64,000 nucleotides of DNA from Patescibacteria group bacterium (GCA_041649575.1 JBAZMW010000001.1:87944-151943), one strand, 5' to 3'. Positions 9,864 through 23,694 are shown, counted from the first letter of the stretch. Program-made: numbers and translations. Notes: generated from the sequence alone by a model not told the origin.

Positions 9864-10535
9864 ATGATTTCAAAAATAAAAAAATTTTTTAGCAACCAAA
9901 CCGGCCAGAGTCTTTTGGAACTGATTGTGGCCATGGCCATTATTAATGTTGGTTTGTTTGCGGTCTGGGCGCTCTTTCTGTCTAACTTTTCAGGCGAACA
10001 AGAAGCCAAGGCCAGAATCGTTGGAGTCAATCTGGCCAGAGAAGGAGTGGAAGCGGTAAAAAATATCAGAGATTCTAATTGGCTTAGGCTGGAAGACAAT
10101 AAGCGCTGTGGCCAAAATCTTTGCAGTTGGGATTATGGCCTGGTCGGCCCTGGCGGCGATGACACCGCTATTTTAGTGGATCTGTTTGAAACCAGCGGTG
10201 AAGCCAGATTGGATTTTGGTCCCGATAGTTTAAACGACAATTCAACAAAGATTTTTATCGATCAATCTCTGGCCAAGGGTTTTTTTATCCAGCACCCCAG
10301 TGGTAGCGCCCAGACCGGCCAGCCGACGATTTATCGTCGGCTGATAACTCTTGATGATATTTGCTGCTCTGATATTAACGGAGACGGTGATTGCGACGAC
10401 AATGCGTTTAAGGCTTGTTCGGAGACGACCGGCTCGTTGAAAGTCGGCCTGGAGGTCAGCTCCAGGGTGCAGTGGCTGCTTAACGGTAAAAGCAGGGAAG
10501 TGGTGGCGGAAGACCATTTGTTTAATTGGAAATAA
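9864..10535 (+). CDS. minor pilin (PilV-like)
   Basis: GQSLLELIVAMAII prepilin-type N-terminal motif followed by a hydrophobic helix. Confidence 0.7.
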   Translation: MISKIKKFFSNQTGQSLLELIVAMAIINVGLFAVWALFLSNFSGEQEAKARIVGVNLAREGVEAVKNIRDSNWLRLEDNKRCGQNLCSWDYGLVGPGGDDTAILVDLFETSGEARLDFGPDSLNDNSTKIFIDQSLAKGFFIQHPSGSAQTGQPTIYRRLITLDDICCSDINGDGDCDDNAFKACSETTGSLKVGLEVSSRVQWLLNGKSREVVAEDHLFNWK

Positions 10536-10546
10536 TTTAAACCTCA

Positions 10547-11143
10547 ATGAAATTTTTTAGAATAACTTCGGGCAACAATTCAAAACAAGGCTTTACTCTG
10601 GTGGAGGTGCTGGTGGCAGTGAGTATTTTTAGTATTTTGTCGGTGGTGGTGTCTTCGATTTTTTTGAACGTCAATGGCTTGCAGCGCAATACAGCCAGCT
10701 ATCAGCGATTGCAGAACGAAGGCCGTTATATGTTGGAAAAATTGGCGCGCGAAGTGAGATCGAGAGAAATAAGCTATCCACTGGAAAATCCTCAAGACCA
10801 CCTTTTTTTCAAAAAAGACGAAAAAGGCAATTATTTGAGAATTTGCTGGGTGGACGACTGGTTAAAATATTATCTTGACGCCGATAATTCTTTGGATAAC
10901 GAAGAGAATTTGAACAACTGCCGAACCAAGGGACAGCCGCTTAATGCTCATGACGTCAGCGTGACCGAGGCCAGTTTTTTTATTCTGCCGGTCTTGGAAG
11001 ATCGCTGGGGCGAGAAGCCGCTTTCTAACATCCAGACTCGGGCGACCGTTCTTCTGAAAATAAAAAACAATTCAGGCAACAGCAAAGATCAAAAGGAACT
11101 GACGCTACAAACCACAATCTCCAGCAAAATTTATAAAAGATGA
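10547..11143 (+). CDS. minor pilin (PilW-like)
   Basis: QGFTLVEVLVAVSIFSIL prepilin N-terminus. Confidence 0.7.
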   Translation: MKFFRITSGNNSKQGFTLVEVLVAVSIFSILSVVVSSIFLNVNGLQRNTASYQRLQNEGRYMLEKLAREVRSREISYPLENPQDHLFFKKDEKGNYLRICWVDDWLKYYLDADNSLDNEENLNNCRTKGQPLNAHDVSVTEASFFILPVLEDRWGEKPLSNIQTRATVLLKIKNNSGNSKDQKELTLQTTISSKIYKR

Positions 11144-11144
11144 C

Positions 11145-14118
<2,974 letters not shown>

Positions 14119-14173
14119 AAGAGTGGCAATTTGAGAACGACCCGACTCGGCCGCTTTTTATTTTTCTTAATGC

Positions 14174-14202
14174 TTGTCAAATTAATTCAAAGGTGCTAAA
14201 AT
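14174..14202 (+). promoter_or_regulatory. sigma70-type promoter for gatCA
   Basis: TTGTCA, a 17-nt spacer, then TAAAAT. Confidence 0.5.
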
Positions 14203-14226
14203 TTTTCTAGTTTTAACCGTCAAAAT

Positions 14227-14520
14227 ATGAAACTCTCTCAACAAGAAGTCGAACACATTGCCTCGTTGGCCCGTCTGAAGCTAAGCCAAGAGGAAAAGGA
14301 AAAATACGGCGAGCAATTGTCGGCCATTTTGGATTATATGGAAAAATTGCAAGAAGTGGCTACCGACAACATCGAGCCGACTTCGCAAGTCACCGGACTG
14401 GCCAATATCATGAGAGAAGACGAGATAAAAGAATCGGGGATAGCCGCCGGTCTGCTTGGCTGCTCTCCGGAAAACGACAGCGAAATGATTAAGATTCCCA
14501 AAATTTTTACCGACAAATAA
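14227..14520 (+). CDS. gatC: Asp/Glu-tRNA amidotransferase subunit C
   Basis: 97 aa with typical GatC sequence (LARLKLSQEE...IEPTSQV). gatA follows directly. Confidence 0.88.
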   Translation: MKLSQQEVEHIASLARLKLSQEEKEKYGEQLSAILDYMEKLQEVATDNIEPTSQVTGLANIMREDEIKESGIAAGLLGCSPENDSEMIKIPKIFTDK

Positions 14521-14521
14521 T

Positions 14522-15979
14522 ATGGGCCTAAACGAACTAACACTACTGGAGGCCTTCAGGGGCCTAAGAGAAAAAGAATTTTCCAGCCAGGAATTGACAG
14601 CCGATTGCCTGAAAAGAATAAAAGAGACTAACGGCAAGCTGAATTCTTTTATTACTATTAGCGAGGAAGAGGCTATGGCCAAAGCCAAAGAAGTGGACAA
14701 GAAGATCAGCCAGAACGAAGAACTCTCGCCTCTGGCCGGCATACCCGTCTCGATCAAGGACTTGCTGTGCACTCAAGGAATCAAAACGACAGCCGCTTCC
14801 AAAATTTTAGAAAATTATGTTCCGCCTTTTGACGCCACGGTAGTGGAAAGACTGAAGGCCAACGAAGCGGTAATTGTGGGCAAGACCAATTTGGACGAGT
14901 TCGCCATGGGCTCCTCGACAGAAAATTCGGCTTTTGGCACTACCAAAAATCCATGGGATGTGTCGAGGGTGCCGGGAGGCACTTCGGGCGGCTCCACGGC
15001 TTCTATCGCCGCCGACCAAAGCATTTATTCGATTGGCACGGATACTGGCGGTTCAATCAGGCAACCAGCCTCTTTTTGCGGCGTCACAGGCCTAAAAGTG
15101 ACCTATGGGCGCGTTTCACGCTATGGGGTGGTGGCTGATGCCTCGTCCCTGGATACCATTGGCCCAATAGGCAAAAACGTGGCCGACATCGCCGTAGTTT
15201 TGCAATATATTGCCGGCCGGGACGACAAGGATTCCACCACTCCAGAAGTGGCGGTGGAGGATTATAGCGAAGAGATAGCCAAGGAGATAAAGGGACTCAA
15301 AATTGGTTTGCCCAAGGAATATTTTGTCGAAGGCATTGATCAAGACACCAGAGAAGTGATTTTGAAGGCAGTAAAAAAATTCGAAGAATTAGGCGCGGAG
15401 ATTATTGATATTTCTTTGCCGCTGACCGACCCGGCCCTAGCCGCCTATTACATTATTCAGCCGGCCGAGGTTTCTTCTAATCTGGCTCGTTATGATGGCA
15501 TCAGATATGGTTTTTCCAAGCGAGCGGACAGCGACCTGTTGAATGTTTATTTAAACAGCAGGAGCCAGGGTTTTGGGCCGGAAGCCAAAAGAAGGATTAT
15601 GATCGGCAGCTATGTGTTGTCGGCCGGTTATTACGACGCTTATTATAAAAAAGCGATGAAAGTGAGAACTCTGGTCAAAAATGATTTTGATAAGGCGCTG
15701 GAAAAAGTGGATATTATTCTGACACCGGTGGCGCCCACGCCGGCCTTCAAGATCGGCGAAAATATCGATAATCCTCTACAAATGTATTTGGCCGATGTCT
15801 TTACGGTGCCGGCTTCGCTGGCGGGAATTTGCGGCCTGTCGGTGCCAGCGGGATTTGCCGCCGGCTTGCCGGTTGGTGTACAATTACTGGGCGGGAGATT
15901 TGCCGAAAAAATTATTCTAAGAGCCGGTCATCAATACCAGCTGGCGACCGATTGGCATAAACAAAAACCAAAAATTTAA
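14522..15979 (+). CDS. gatA: Asp/Glu-tRNA amidotransferase subunit A
   Basis: Amidase signature GGTSGGSTASIAAD and the catalytic Ser-cisSer-Lys context. Confidence 0.93.
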   Translation: MGLNELTLLEAFRGLREKEFSSQELTADCLKRIKETNGKLNSFITISEEEAMAKAKEVDKKISQNEELSPLAGIPVSIKDLLCTQGIKTTAASKILENYVPPFDATVVERLKANEAVIVGKTNLDEFAMGSSTENSAFGTTKNPWDVSRVPGGTSGGSTASIAADQSIYSIGTDTGGSIRQPASFCGVTGLKVTYGRVSRYGVVADASSLDTIGPIGKNVADIAVVLQYIAGRDDKDSTTPEVAVEDYSEEIAKEIKGLKIGLPKEYFVEGIDQDTREVILKAVKKFEELGAEIIDISLPLTDPALAAYYIIQPAEVSSNLARYDGIRYGFSKRADSDLLNVYLNSRSQGFGPEAKRRIMIGSYVLSAGYYDAYYKKAMKVRTLVKNDFDKALEKVDIILTPVAPTPAFKIGENIDNPLQMYLADVFTVPASLAGICGLSVPAGFAAGLPVGVQLLGGRFAEKIILRAGHQYQLATDWHKQKPKI

Positions 15980-15996
15980 AAAATAAATTTAAAACT

Positions 15997-16611
15997 ATGA
16001 GTGAGGAACAAAAGCAGAATAAGCAACAATTTTTAACCGGGCTTTTTGGCGGTATCGCCGTGGTGGCTGTGATTGGCTTGATAATTTTGGGTGTGGCTTT
16101 TATTTCCATGTCGAAAAATAACAATAATCCCAGCGTCAATAACAACCAGGGCAATCAAAACAACTCGCCAACGCCCACCGCCAATGAGCCGGCCACTACG
16201 CCCATTGACATTAAAGGGGCTATGACTTTCTCGCAAAAGAAAGACGCAAATCTTTGCAAAGAAGACGGCAAGCCGGTGGTCTATCTGTTTTCCACCACCT
16301 GGTGCCCGCATTGCGAGTGGGTAAAAGCGGCCTTTGACAAGGTGGCCAAGGAATATATCGATGCCGGCAAGATCAAGGCCTATCACTGGGAAGTCGATAC
16401 CAACGACGACACTCTGACTTCGGAAAAAGAGAACCAGGTGCCGGAGGCGGCCATGAAGGCTTATCAGGAATTTAATCCGCAGGGGTCAATTCCCACTTTC
16501 GTTTTTGGTTGCAAATATTTCCGAGTGGGCAATGGTTATGAGAGAGAAGACGACTTGGCCAAAGAAGAAGCCGAATTCAGGCTGATAATTGATAGTTTAA
16601 TCAAACAATAA
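15997..16611 (+). CDS. membrane-anchored thioredoxin-fold protein
   Basis: N-terminal TM helix, an N/Q-rich linker, and a WCPHC redox motif. Confidence 0.7.
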   Translation: MSEEQKQNKQQFLTGLFGGIAVVAVIGLIILGVAFISMSKNNNNPSVNNNQGNQNNSPTPTANEPATTPIDIKGAMTFSQKKDANLCKEDGKPVVYLFSTTWCPHCEWVKAAFDKVAKEYIDAGKIKAYHWEVDTNDDTLTSEKENQVPEAAMKAYQEFNPQGSIPTFVFGCKYFRVGNGYEREDDLAKEEAEFRLIIDSLIKQ

Positions 16612-16626
16612 GCGATTTTTTCCAAT

Positions 16627-16666
16627 CCAGCCCTACACTTTTATAAAGGTGTAGGGCTGGCTTTTA
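16627..16666 (+). terminator. rho-independent terminator
   Basis: CCAGCCCTACAC / GTGTAGGGCTGG 12 bp stem followed by CTTTT. Confidence 0.75.
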
Positions 16667-16730
16667 AATTGGACAAAACCGATTTTTTTGGCTAAACTTG
16701 TTATTAGTTTCAAAAATGGAAAGCAAAAAT

Positions 16731-16821
16731 GGAGAGTTCGCATAGTTGGTCTAGTGCGCACGCTTGGAAAGCGTGTAGGGTGTCAAAACCCTCGAGGGTT
16801 CGAATCCCTCACTCTCCGCCA
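16731..16821 (+). tRNA. tRNA-Ser (anticodon GGA)
   Basis: Acceptor stem GGAGAGT/ACTCTCC, anticodon loop TTGGAAA, long variable arm, T-loop GGTTCGAATCC, CCA encoded. Confidence 0.85.
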
Positions 16822-16859
16822 ATTCAATAGGGATAATAAACAACATAACCAAAAATAAT

Positions 16860-17345
16860 ATGACCGAACAAACAATAAAATCAACCGGCTGTTGCGAACC
16901 GTTCAACCCGGAGCCCTGGCAAGAAAAAGAGATTAACTGGCAAGACAAAATTTTTGTCAAAGACCAGGTGACGAGCTTTCTTCACATCCCGCTTAATTTT
17001 GGAAAGATAGTGGTCAAAAACATGAAGCTGATTGAAAAGGCAGGAGCCAAGGCGCCTCATCAACTGATGCTCACCGATGAGAAATCTCTTTGGGGCGCGG
17101 ATATTTACATTGATGTTGCCAAGGAGGTGGCGGGAGCGCAAATGGCCAAACTTTCCGGCATCTTCCTGACAAAGGTCTTTGAAGGGCCCTACCAAAACGC
17201 CGGCAAATGGGCGCTGGAGATGAAAGAATACGTAAAAAGCAAGGGTAAGGAAATAAAAAAGTTGTATTTTTCTTATACTACTTGTCCCAAATGCGCCAAG
17301 GCCTACGGGAAGAATTATGTGGTACTTTTTGCCCAGATAAATTAA
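16860..17345 (+). CDS. hypothetical protein with Cys motifs (GCCEPF, TTCPKCAK)
   Basis: 161 aa ORF with no overlapping alternative. Family not recognised. Confidence 0.45.
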   Translation: MTEQTIKSTGCCEPFNPEPWQEKEINWQDKIFVKDQVTSFLHIPLNFGKIVVKNMKLIEKAGAKAPHQLMLTDEKSLWGADIYIDVAKEVAGAQMAKLSGIFLTKVFEGPYQNAGKWALEMKEYVKSKGKEIKKLYFSYTTCPKCAKAYGKNYVVLFAQIN

Positions 17346-17348
17346 ACA

Positions 17349-17377
17349 TTTGACATAATCTATTTAATCGGTTATAA
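17349..17377 (+). promoter_or_regulatory. consensus sigma70 promoter (TTGACA-17-TATAAT)
   Basis: Perfect -35 and -10 hexamers with a 17-nt spacer. An ~125 nt 5' UTR leads to the RRM gene. Confidence 0.7.
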
Positions 17378-17507
17378 TAGGGGAGTAAGTATTTCTCTCA
17401 AGCGAGTTAGCTTTTCTTATATGTTTAGTGGCCGAGCCATTATATATAAGTGACAAAGGAGAAGAGAGGTCGTCTTACAACTTAAAAAATCAAGAACATA
17501 TAAGAAA

Positions 17508-17834
17508 ATGGCAAAAAAGTTATACGTAGGCTCTTTAGCCTATAGCATTACCGACGACCGCTTAAGAGAAGTTTTCTCTGAAGCCGGTGCCGTCGAATCC
17601 GCCACGGTTATCATCGACAAGATGTCTGGACGTTCCCGAGGCTTTGGTTTCGTGGAAATGTCCAATGATGACGAGGCGGCAAAAGCGATTGAGATGTTCA
17701 ATGGCAAAGACGTCGATGGCATGGCCATCACTGTCAACGAAGCCAGACCAATGTCCGACAGGCCGCGCCGATCTTTTGATCGCAACAGCAGCGATAGAGG
17801 CGGTTATGGCCGCGATCGCAGACGATCATTCTAA
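17508..17834 (+). CDS. RNA-binding protein (RRM domain, glycine/arginine-rich tail)
   Basis: RNP-2 KLYVGSL, RNP-1 RGFGFVEM, and a C-terminal RGG-like tail. Confidence 0.9.
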   Translation: MAKKLYVGSLAYSITDDRLREVFSEAGAVESATVIIDKMSGRSRGFGFVEMSNDDEAAKAIEMFNGKDVDGMAITVNEARPMSDRPRRSFDRNSSDRGGYGRDRRRSF

Positions 17835-17852
17835 GGATCATCTATAAAAAAA

Positions 17853-17885
17853 CAGCTTCCGCCAAAAGCGGAAGTTGTTTTTTTT
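17853..17885 (+). terminator. rho-independent terminator
   Basis: CAGCTTCCGC / GCGGAAGTTG stem followed by a T-run. Confidence 0.75.
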
Positions 17886-17926
17886 GTTTGGCCGTTTTTA
17901 TGATAAAATAAGGTAAACTAAAATTT

Positions 17927-18784
17927 ATGGGAATATTTTTCGCTTTTTTGGCTTTGTTGTTTTGGGGTGGAGGAGATTTTTTAATTCAAAAAAGCGCGAG
18001 AAAATTTGGCAACTGGTTGACGCTTTTTTATATTACGGCTTTTGGCTCAATCATCCTTTTGCCTTTCGTTTACTCCCGGCTGGGGGAGGTTTTTTCTTTT
18101 GGCAAGGAATTTTGGTTTTTATTGTTGGTCTCGGTGGTCATTTTGTTGGCCGCCTTATTGGACTTCGAGGCTCTAAGAGTTGGAAAGATTTCGGTGGTGG
18201 AGCCGGTTTACGCTCTAGAGATTCCGGTCACTATTTTATTGGCTTCCCTGATAATAGGGGAATATTTAAGCGGCCCGCAGTTGTTTTTGGTGGTCGTGCT
18301 TTTGGTTGGTATTTTTTTGGTTTCCGTTAAATCTTTAAATAAATTAAAACGGTTCAGGCTGGAGCGGGGCGTTTTGCTGGCCGTGGTCGCTACCGTGGGC
18401 ATGGGCCTGGCTAATTTTTTGTTTGGCTTCGGCGCCAGAGAGACCGGCCCGCTACTGGTTAACTGGTTCACCAGCCTGGTAATGGCCTTGGTCGCTTTAA
18501 TTTATTTGGTTGGCCGGGCGCGGGCCAAAGAGATATTCAGCGGCTGGAAAAGAGAGAAATTGTTGATTGTGGGAACTGGTTTGATTGATAATTTGGCATG
18601 GATCTCTTTTACTTGCAGCACTCTTTATATTCCCATAGCCATCACCACCAGCATTAGCGAAAGCTATATCGCCTTGGCCTCGGCCTTGGGTTTATTTTTC
18701 AACAGAGAAAAGCTAAAAAAGCATCAATGGCTGGGACTGATTCTGGCCGTAGTGGCGGTGGTTGTTTTGGCGATTATCACCTGA
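17927..18784 (+). CDS. EamA/DMT-family transporter
   Basis: About 10 TM helices organised as two EamA-like repeats. Confidence 0.75.
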   Translation: MGIFFAFLALLFWGGGDFLIQKSARKFGNWLTLFYITAFGSIILLPFVYSRLGEVFSFGKEFWFLLLVSVVILLAALLDFEALRVGKISVVEPVYALEIPVTILLASLIIGEYLSGPQLFLVVVLLVGIFLVSVKSLNKLKRFRLERGVLLAVVATVGMGLANFLFGFGARETGPLLVNWFTSLVMALVALIYLVGRARAKEIFSGWKREKLLIVGTGLIDNLAWISFTCSTLYIPIAITTSISESYIALASALGLFFNREKLKKHQWLGLILAVVAVVVLAIIT

Positions 18785-18788
18785 ACAA

Positions 18789-19076
18789 ATGAACACGGAT
18801 TTTTCTAAAAATATTTTTAAGGTCGTGGCCCGGATACCGCCGGGCCGGGTTTTGACTTATGCCCAGGTGGCAAGTAGAGCCGGCCGGCCGCTGGCTTACC
18901 GGGCGGTTGGCAATATTTTGAGCCAAAACCATGACCCCCAAATACCCTGCCATCGAGTGATCCGTTCGGACGGGCTGGCCGGCGGCTATAACCGGGGCAA
19001 GAGAAAAAAATTGGAATTACTGAAGAAAGAGGGGGTGATTAAAAATAAGTTGCCCTCTTTGGGGGGGGCATGCTAA
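18789..19076 (+). CDS. ogt: methylated-DNA-protein-cysteine methyltransferase (DNA-binding domain only)
   Basis: Active-site PCHRVIRSDG. The start is taken at MNTDFSK after the EamA stop. Confidence 0.85.
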   Translation: MNTDFSKNIFKVVARIPPGRVLTYAQVASRAGRPLAYRAVGNILSQNHDPQIPCHRVIRSDGLAGGYNRGKRKKLELLKKEGVIKNKLPSLGGAC

Positions 19077-19107
19077 AATAAGCCCATAAAAAATAATCAT
19101 AAAACCC

Positions 19108-19692
19108 ATGCAGGAAACTTTAAAGAATCTGACCAAAGCTTTTATCGGCGAATCGCAGGCCAGAAACCGCTATACCATGTATGCCAGTGTAGCCAAAAAA
19201 GAGGGCTTTGAGCAGATAGCCGAAATTTTTTTGCTCACCGCCGATCAAGAGCGGGAACATGCCAATAAAGTATTTAAAGAAATTCAGGAACTCAAAAAAG
19301 ACAATCCCGAAGAATTGGCCGCGATCAGGGTGGAGGCCGAAGCGCCGACCGCTTATGGCACCACGGCCGAAAACCTGAAGGCGGCCATTGCCGGCGAGAA
19401 TTACGAACACACCAAGATGTACCCGGAGTTTGCCGACGTCGCCGATAGCGAAGGCCTAAAAAGCGTTGCTTTTAGATTGCGCCACATCGCCACAGCCGAA
19501 GAGCATCACGAAGAAAGGTATAAAAAATTATTAAAAGAAGTAGTAGCGGACACCGTCTTTAAAAAAGACAAGGAAGTTTGGTGGGTCTGTCGCGAATGCG
19601 GTTATCAGCATTTTGGCAAAGAAGCGCCCCAGGAGTGCCCGTCTTGCAATCACGCTCAAGCATTTTATCAGGTGAAGTGCGAAGAGTATTAA
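19108..19692 (+). CDS. rubrerythrin
   Basis: Ferritin-like diiron domain with ExxH motifs and a C-terminal rubredoxin-like CxxC...CxxC. Confidence 0.88.
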   Translation: MQETLKNLTKAFIGESQARNRYTMYASVAKKEGFEQIAEIFLLTADQEREHANKVFKEIQELKKDNPEELAAIRVEAEAPTAYGTTAENLKAAIAGENYEHTKMYPEFADVADSEGLKSVAFRLRHIATAEEHHEERYKKLLKEVVADTVFKKDKEVWWVCRECGYQHFGKEAPQECPSCNHAQAFYQVKCEEY

Positions 19693-19700
19693 TTTAATTT

Positions 19701-20303
19701 ATGCAGTATTATATCCCTCTAATCATGGAGGGGCTGCGCCATTACGGCTATTTTATTTTATTCTTTGGCGCTTTTTTTGCCGGCGAAACCTTTATCCTGG
19801 CGGCGGCATTTTTGGCTTCTTGGAAATATTTTAATTTGCAGTGGGTGATTTTGGTCAGTTTGTTGGCAGTGCTTCTTTCAGACAGCCTTTGGTATTTCAT
19901 CGGGCTGAAATTTTCCCAGCCCATCAGCCGCTTCAGGCGTTTCTTCTCACCAGTTAGATACGAAAAAAGAATTGCCGCTTTCAAAAACGGTTTTAATAAA
20001 CACTATCGGGAGTTTTTGATTTTGGGGAAATTCGTTTATGGAGCGAGGATTTTGACGCTTTTGGCCGCCGGCCATCAAAAAATAAATTATAAAAAATTCT
20101 TATATTATAATTTTATCGGCAATATTATCTGGCTGTTTGCGGTAATAATCGTGGGCTGTCTGATGGGCCTGGCCTGGGATTATCTTGATCGGTTCAATCA
20201 CTATTGGCGTTATTTGATTTTGGTCGGCTTGGCCCTGCTACTGGCGGTCAGATTCGTTTTCAGTAAAATTATTAAAAAACTCAATTATGAGCCGGGAAGT
20301 TGA
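19701..20303 (+). CDS. DedA/SNARE-associated family membrane protein
   Basis: FFAGETFILAAAFLAS motif and TM topology. Confidence 0.75.
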   Translation: MQYYIPLIMEGLRHYGYFILFFGAFFAGETFILAAAFLASWKYFNLQWVILVSLLAVLLSDSLWYFIGLKFSQPISRFRRFFSPVRYEKRIAAFKNGFNKHYREFLILGKFVYGARILTLLAAGHQKINYKKFLYYNFIGNIIWLFAVIIVGCLMGLAWDYLDRFNHYWRYLILVGLALLLAVRFVFSKIIKKLNYEPGS

Positions 20304-22122
20304 AGAGATAAAAGCCAAGCTGGATTTGGTGGATTTTATGAGCGAATACGTCAAACTGTTGCCGGCGGGCGGTAATTTTAAGGCTCTTTGCCCTTTTCAT
20401 AACGAAAAGACCCCGTCTCTAATGGTCAATCGCCAGAGGCAAATTTGGAAATGTTTCGGTTGCGGCGAGGGCGGAGATGTTTTTAATTTTTTGATGAAAA
20501 TAGAAGGGTTGGAATTTGCCGAAGCACTGAAGGTTTTGGCGCAAAGGGCGGGCGTGGCCCTAAGAACCCAGGACCCGGCGCTTAACAGCGAAAAAAATCG
20601 TCTTTATGGTCTTTTGGATTTGGCTGCGCGTTATTGGCACAAGGTGCTTTTGGATTCTTCGGCGGCCAAGGAAGCCAGGGATTATTTAAGCCAGCGGGGC
20701 CTAAGCTGGGAGACGATCGAAGATTTTCGCCTGGGTTATGCCATCGAAGCCTGGGATGATTTGAATAACTTTCTGATTAAGAAGGGTTTCACTGAAGCAG
20801 AAATTTTTTCAGCCGGTTTGTCGGTAAAAAAAGAGCGGGGAACCGGTTTTTATGATCGTTTCCGAGCCAGAATAATGTTTCCCATTCTTGATTTGCACGG
20901 GCGGGCAGTGGGCTTTGGCGGCCGGACTCTAAAAAAAGAAGAAGCCGCCAAATACATCAATACGCCGCAGACCAGCGTTTATAATAAAAGTTCGGTTCTC
21001 TATGGCTTCTACCGGGCCAAGGAGACAATCAAAAAAAATGACTTGTGCATTTTGGTTGAAGGCTACATGGACGTTTTGCCTTCTTATCAGGCGGGGGTAA
21101 AAAATGTGGCGGCGATTTCTGGCACCGCCTTGACCGGGGAGCAAATAAAAATTTTAAAAAGATACTCAAACAATCTGGCCCTGGCTCTGGATATGGATGC
21201 GGCCGGTCAGCAGGCGGCTTTGCGTAGCATTGATCTGGCCTTGGCCGAAGAAATGAACGTCAAAATAATCAGCCTGCCTTTTGGTAAAGATCCGGGGGAG
21301 TGCATTAAGAATAATCCTCAAGATTGGCCGGACTCGATAGTAAAGGCGCAGGCGGTGATGGATTATTTCTTTGGCTCGGCCCTGTCCAAATACGACATCA
21401 GTCAGCCGGAACAAAAGAAAAAAGCCGCTAAATTTTTGCTGGAGAAAATCAGTAAGCTGGGGGACAGGGTGGAGCAGGATTATTGGCTGAAAAAATTGGC
21501 CGCCACTCTAGCGGCATCAGAAGCGGTTCTAAGAGAGCTGCTGGTCAAGCTGGAGAGGGGATTTGGCAAAAGAGTCGGCGTCAAAAAAACGGAAGCCGCG
21601 CAAAACAGGCCGTCAGAAGATCAGGAACTGATACTTTTGAAAAGGCTTCTGGTCTTGGCTTTTAATTTTCCTCAATATTTTTTCAGAATCGTCGAGAGCG
21701 TCTCCCTGGATTTTTGGAATAATGATTTAAATCTTAGTCTTTACAAAAAGATTGTATTATTTTATACTAGAAATACCGGTTCATTGGAAAAGTTGTCTGT
21801 GGATAAGCTGGGAACAGAAATTTGGAAAATATTCGACGAGTGGCTAAAGCGGGATAAGCCGGATTTTAGCGCCGCAGAATCAAAATTATTGGAAGAAGTT
21901 TTTTTATTGGCTCAGGCCGAGCGCGGTGTGATTGAGGAAAAAGCGGCCAAAGAAGAGCTGGATAATTTTTTAAAGTTGCTTAAAAACAATTATTTGACCG
22001 GCGAGATAGACAGATTAAAACAGACTCTGGAAAAAGCGGAACTGGCCGGCCGGCCGGCAGAAGAGCTGGCGCAGATTTATTTGAAACTTAACGAATTAAT
22101 CAAACAAAAAAATATTAATTAA
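20287..22122 (+). CDS. dnaG: DNA primase
   Basis: CHC2 zinc finger [10 protein letters not shown]...CFGCG and a TOPRIM core (EGYMD). Confidence 0.93.
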   Translation: MSREVEEIKAKLDLVDFMSEYVKLLPAGGNFKALCPFHNEKTPSLMVNRQRQIWKCFGCGEGGDVFNFLMKIEGLEFAEALKVLAQRAGVALRTQDPALNSEKNRLYGLLDLAARYWHKVLLDSSAAKEARDYLSQRGLSWETIEDFRLGYAIEAWDDLNNFLIKKGFTEAEIFSAGLSVKKERGTGFYDRFRARIMFPILDLHGRAVGFGGRTLKKEEAAKYINTPQTSVYNKSSVLYGFYRAKETIKKNDLCILVEGYMDVLPSYQAGVKNVAAISGTALTGEQIKILKRYSNNLALALDMDAAGQQAALRSIDLALAEEMNVKIISLPFGKDPGECIKNNPQDWPDSIVKAQAVMDYFFGSALSKYDISQPEQKKKAAKFLLEKISKLGDRVEQDYWLKKLAATLAASEAVLRELLVKLERGFGKRVGVKKTEAAQNRPSEDQELILLKRLLVLAFNFPQYFFRIVESVSLDFWNNDLNLSLYKKIVLFYTRNTGSLEKLSVDKLGTEIWKIFDEWLKRDKPDFSAAESKLLEEVFLLAQAERGVIEEKAAKEELDNFLKLLKNNYLTGEIDRLKQTLEKAELAGRPAEELAQIYLKLNELIKQKNIN

Positions 22123-22169
22123 TACGCCTCGTTAAAATCAGCGGGGCAATTATCAAAGGTTCTAATTTA

Positions 22170-23474
22170 ATGTCCTCGAAAAAAAATAGAGGCAAGAAGA
22201 ATAGAAATAAAAAGCCGGCCAAAACCAAAACCGCCGGCAGGCGAACAGCCAAAATTAGGAAGACGGCAGGTTCCAAAAATAAAAAATCTCAGTCCGCCAA
22301 ACACAAAAAAAATTTAAAGGCGGCTATTAAAAAAAAGAGAGCCAAGCTTCGCAAACTTCCTAAGGCCATAGTCAAACCAGACGAAGAAGCGATCCAAACC
22401 TTGATTCGAAAGGGTAGATCGCGTGGTTTTATTACTGAACAAGAATTGCAGATAATTTTGCCGGAGCTGGAAGAATATATTATTCGCTACGAAGATTTGC
22501 TGGAAGAACTAGATCGGTTGGGAATTAATATCATGGAGTCGGGCGGTTTCTTTTCTTCGGCCCAGGCTAAAACCGAAGAGAAAAAGCCTGAAAAAAAGAG
22601 AAAGCCCAAAGCCAAAGCGATTACCGAGAGCGATATTAGCTTGGGGGATATTTCCACCGATTCGATCCAGATGTATTTGAGAGAAATCGGCCGAGTGCCG
22701 TTGTTGTCTTCCGAGGAAGAAGTTTATCTGGCCAAAAAAATAGAAGAAGGCGAAATCGAGGCGCGGCAAAAATTGATCAGGGCTAATCTGCGCCTGGTGG
22801 TTTCGGTGGCCAAAAAGTTTCAAGGCAAAAGCCTGTCTCTTTTGGATTTGATTCAAGAGGGAAATATCGGGCTGTTTCGGGCGGTAGATAAATTCGATTA
22901 TCGCAAGGGTTATAAATTTTCCACTTATGCCACTTGGTGGATCAGGCAGGCCATCACCCGCTCTCTGGCCGATCAGTCGCGCACTATTCGCATTCCGGTG
23001 CATATGGTGGAAAACATTAATAAATTTCAGCAAGTAGAGCGGCGTCTGGTGCAGGATCTGGGCCGCGAGCCGTTGCCGGAAGAAATTGCCGCCGAGATGG
23101 GCGAGGAGTTGGTCAAGATAAATCATATTATAAAAATTTCCCAAGAGACGATTTCTCTGGGCACGCCGGTAGGCGATGATAGTGATGACAGTATTCTGGA
23201 AGATTTTATCGAAGATCAGAAGACCATTAGTCCGGATAAGGCAGCCGCTTTGCAGATTCTGGGCGATTATGTGCGACAAGTGATTTCCGAGCTCACGCCG
23301 CGCGAACAAAAGGTGCTCGAGATGCGTTTTGGGTTAAAAGACGGCGTAGCACATACATTGGAAGAAGTGGGTCAGGAGTTTGATGTTACGCGTGAGCGTA
23401 TTCGGCAAATAGAGGCCAAGGCGTTGGAAAAGATTGAAAAAATAAAGGGCATTGAAAAATTGAAAGATTTCTAA
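22170..23474 (+). CDS. rpoD: primary sigma factor (sigma70 family) with a lysine-rich N-terminal extension
   Basis: Regions 1.2-4.2 are conserved ([12 protein letters not shown], the region 4.2 HTH). The first ~65 aa are about 45% Lys/Arg. Confidence 0.93.
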   Translation: MSSKKNRGKKNRNKKPAKTKTAGRRTAKIRKTAGSKNKKSQSAKHKKNLKAAIKKKRAKLRKLPKAIVKPDEEAIQTLIRKGRSRGFITEQELQIILPELEEYIIRYEDLLEELDRLGINIMESGGFFSSAQAKTEEKKPEKKRKPKAKAITESDISLGDISTDSIQMYLREIGRVPLLSSEEEVYLAKKIEEGEIEARQKLIRANLRLVVSVAKKFQGKSLSLLDLIQEGNIGLFRAVDKFDYRKGYKFSTYATWWIRQAITRSLADQSRTIRIPVHMVENINKFQQVERRLVQDLGREPLPEEIAAEMGEELVKINHIIKISQETISLGTPVGDDSDDSILEDFIEDQKTISPDKAAALQILGDYVRQVISELTPREQKVLEMRFGLKDGVAHTLEEVGQEFDVTRERIRQIEAKALEKIEKIKGIEKLKDF

Positions 23475-23694
23475 ATTATTGACAGCGGCTGGGTTTTTTG
23501 TTAATATTTTTTTAGAGTCATGTCTGATGGCTCTTTTAAAAAAACAAATGATCCGCGATAGCGAAATGGGTCGAGGCCATAGGCCGAGACGGGCAGAAGC
23601 GAGCAAAGCGAGAGTCGATGAATGCGACCTTAGGGAGCATTCAGCGCTGCCCCGGAAGAGCAACCGGCGTTTAGTATATGGCAAAAGTAACAAA

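Noticed and set aside
14119-14160. Rho-independent terminator after ligA
   Set aside because: CCGACTCGG is only a short self-palindrome. No convincing stem plus T-tract was found.
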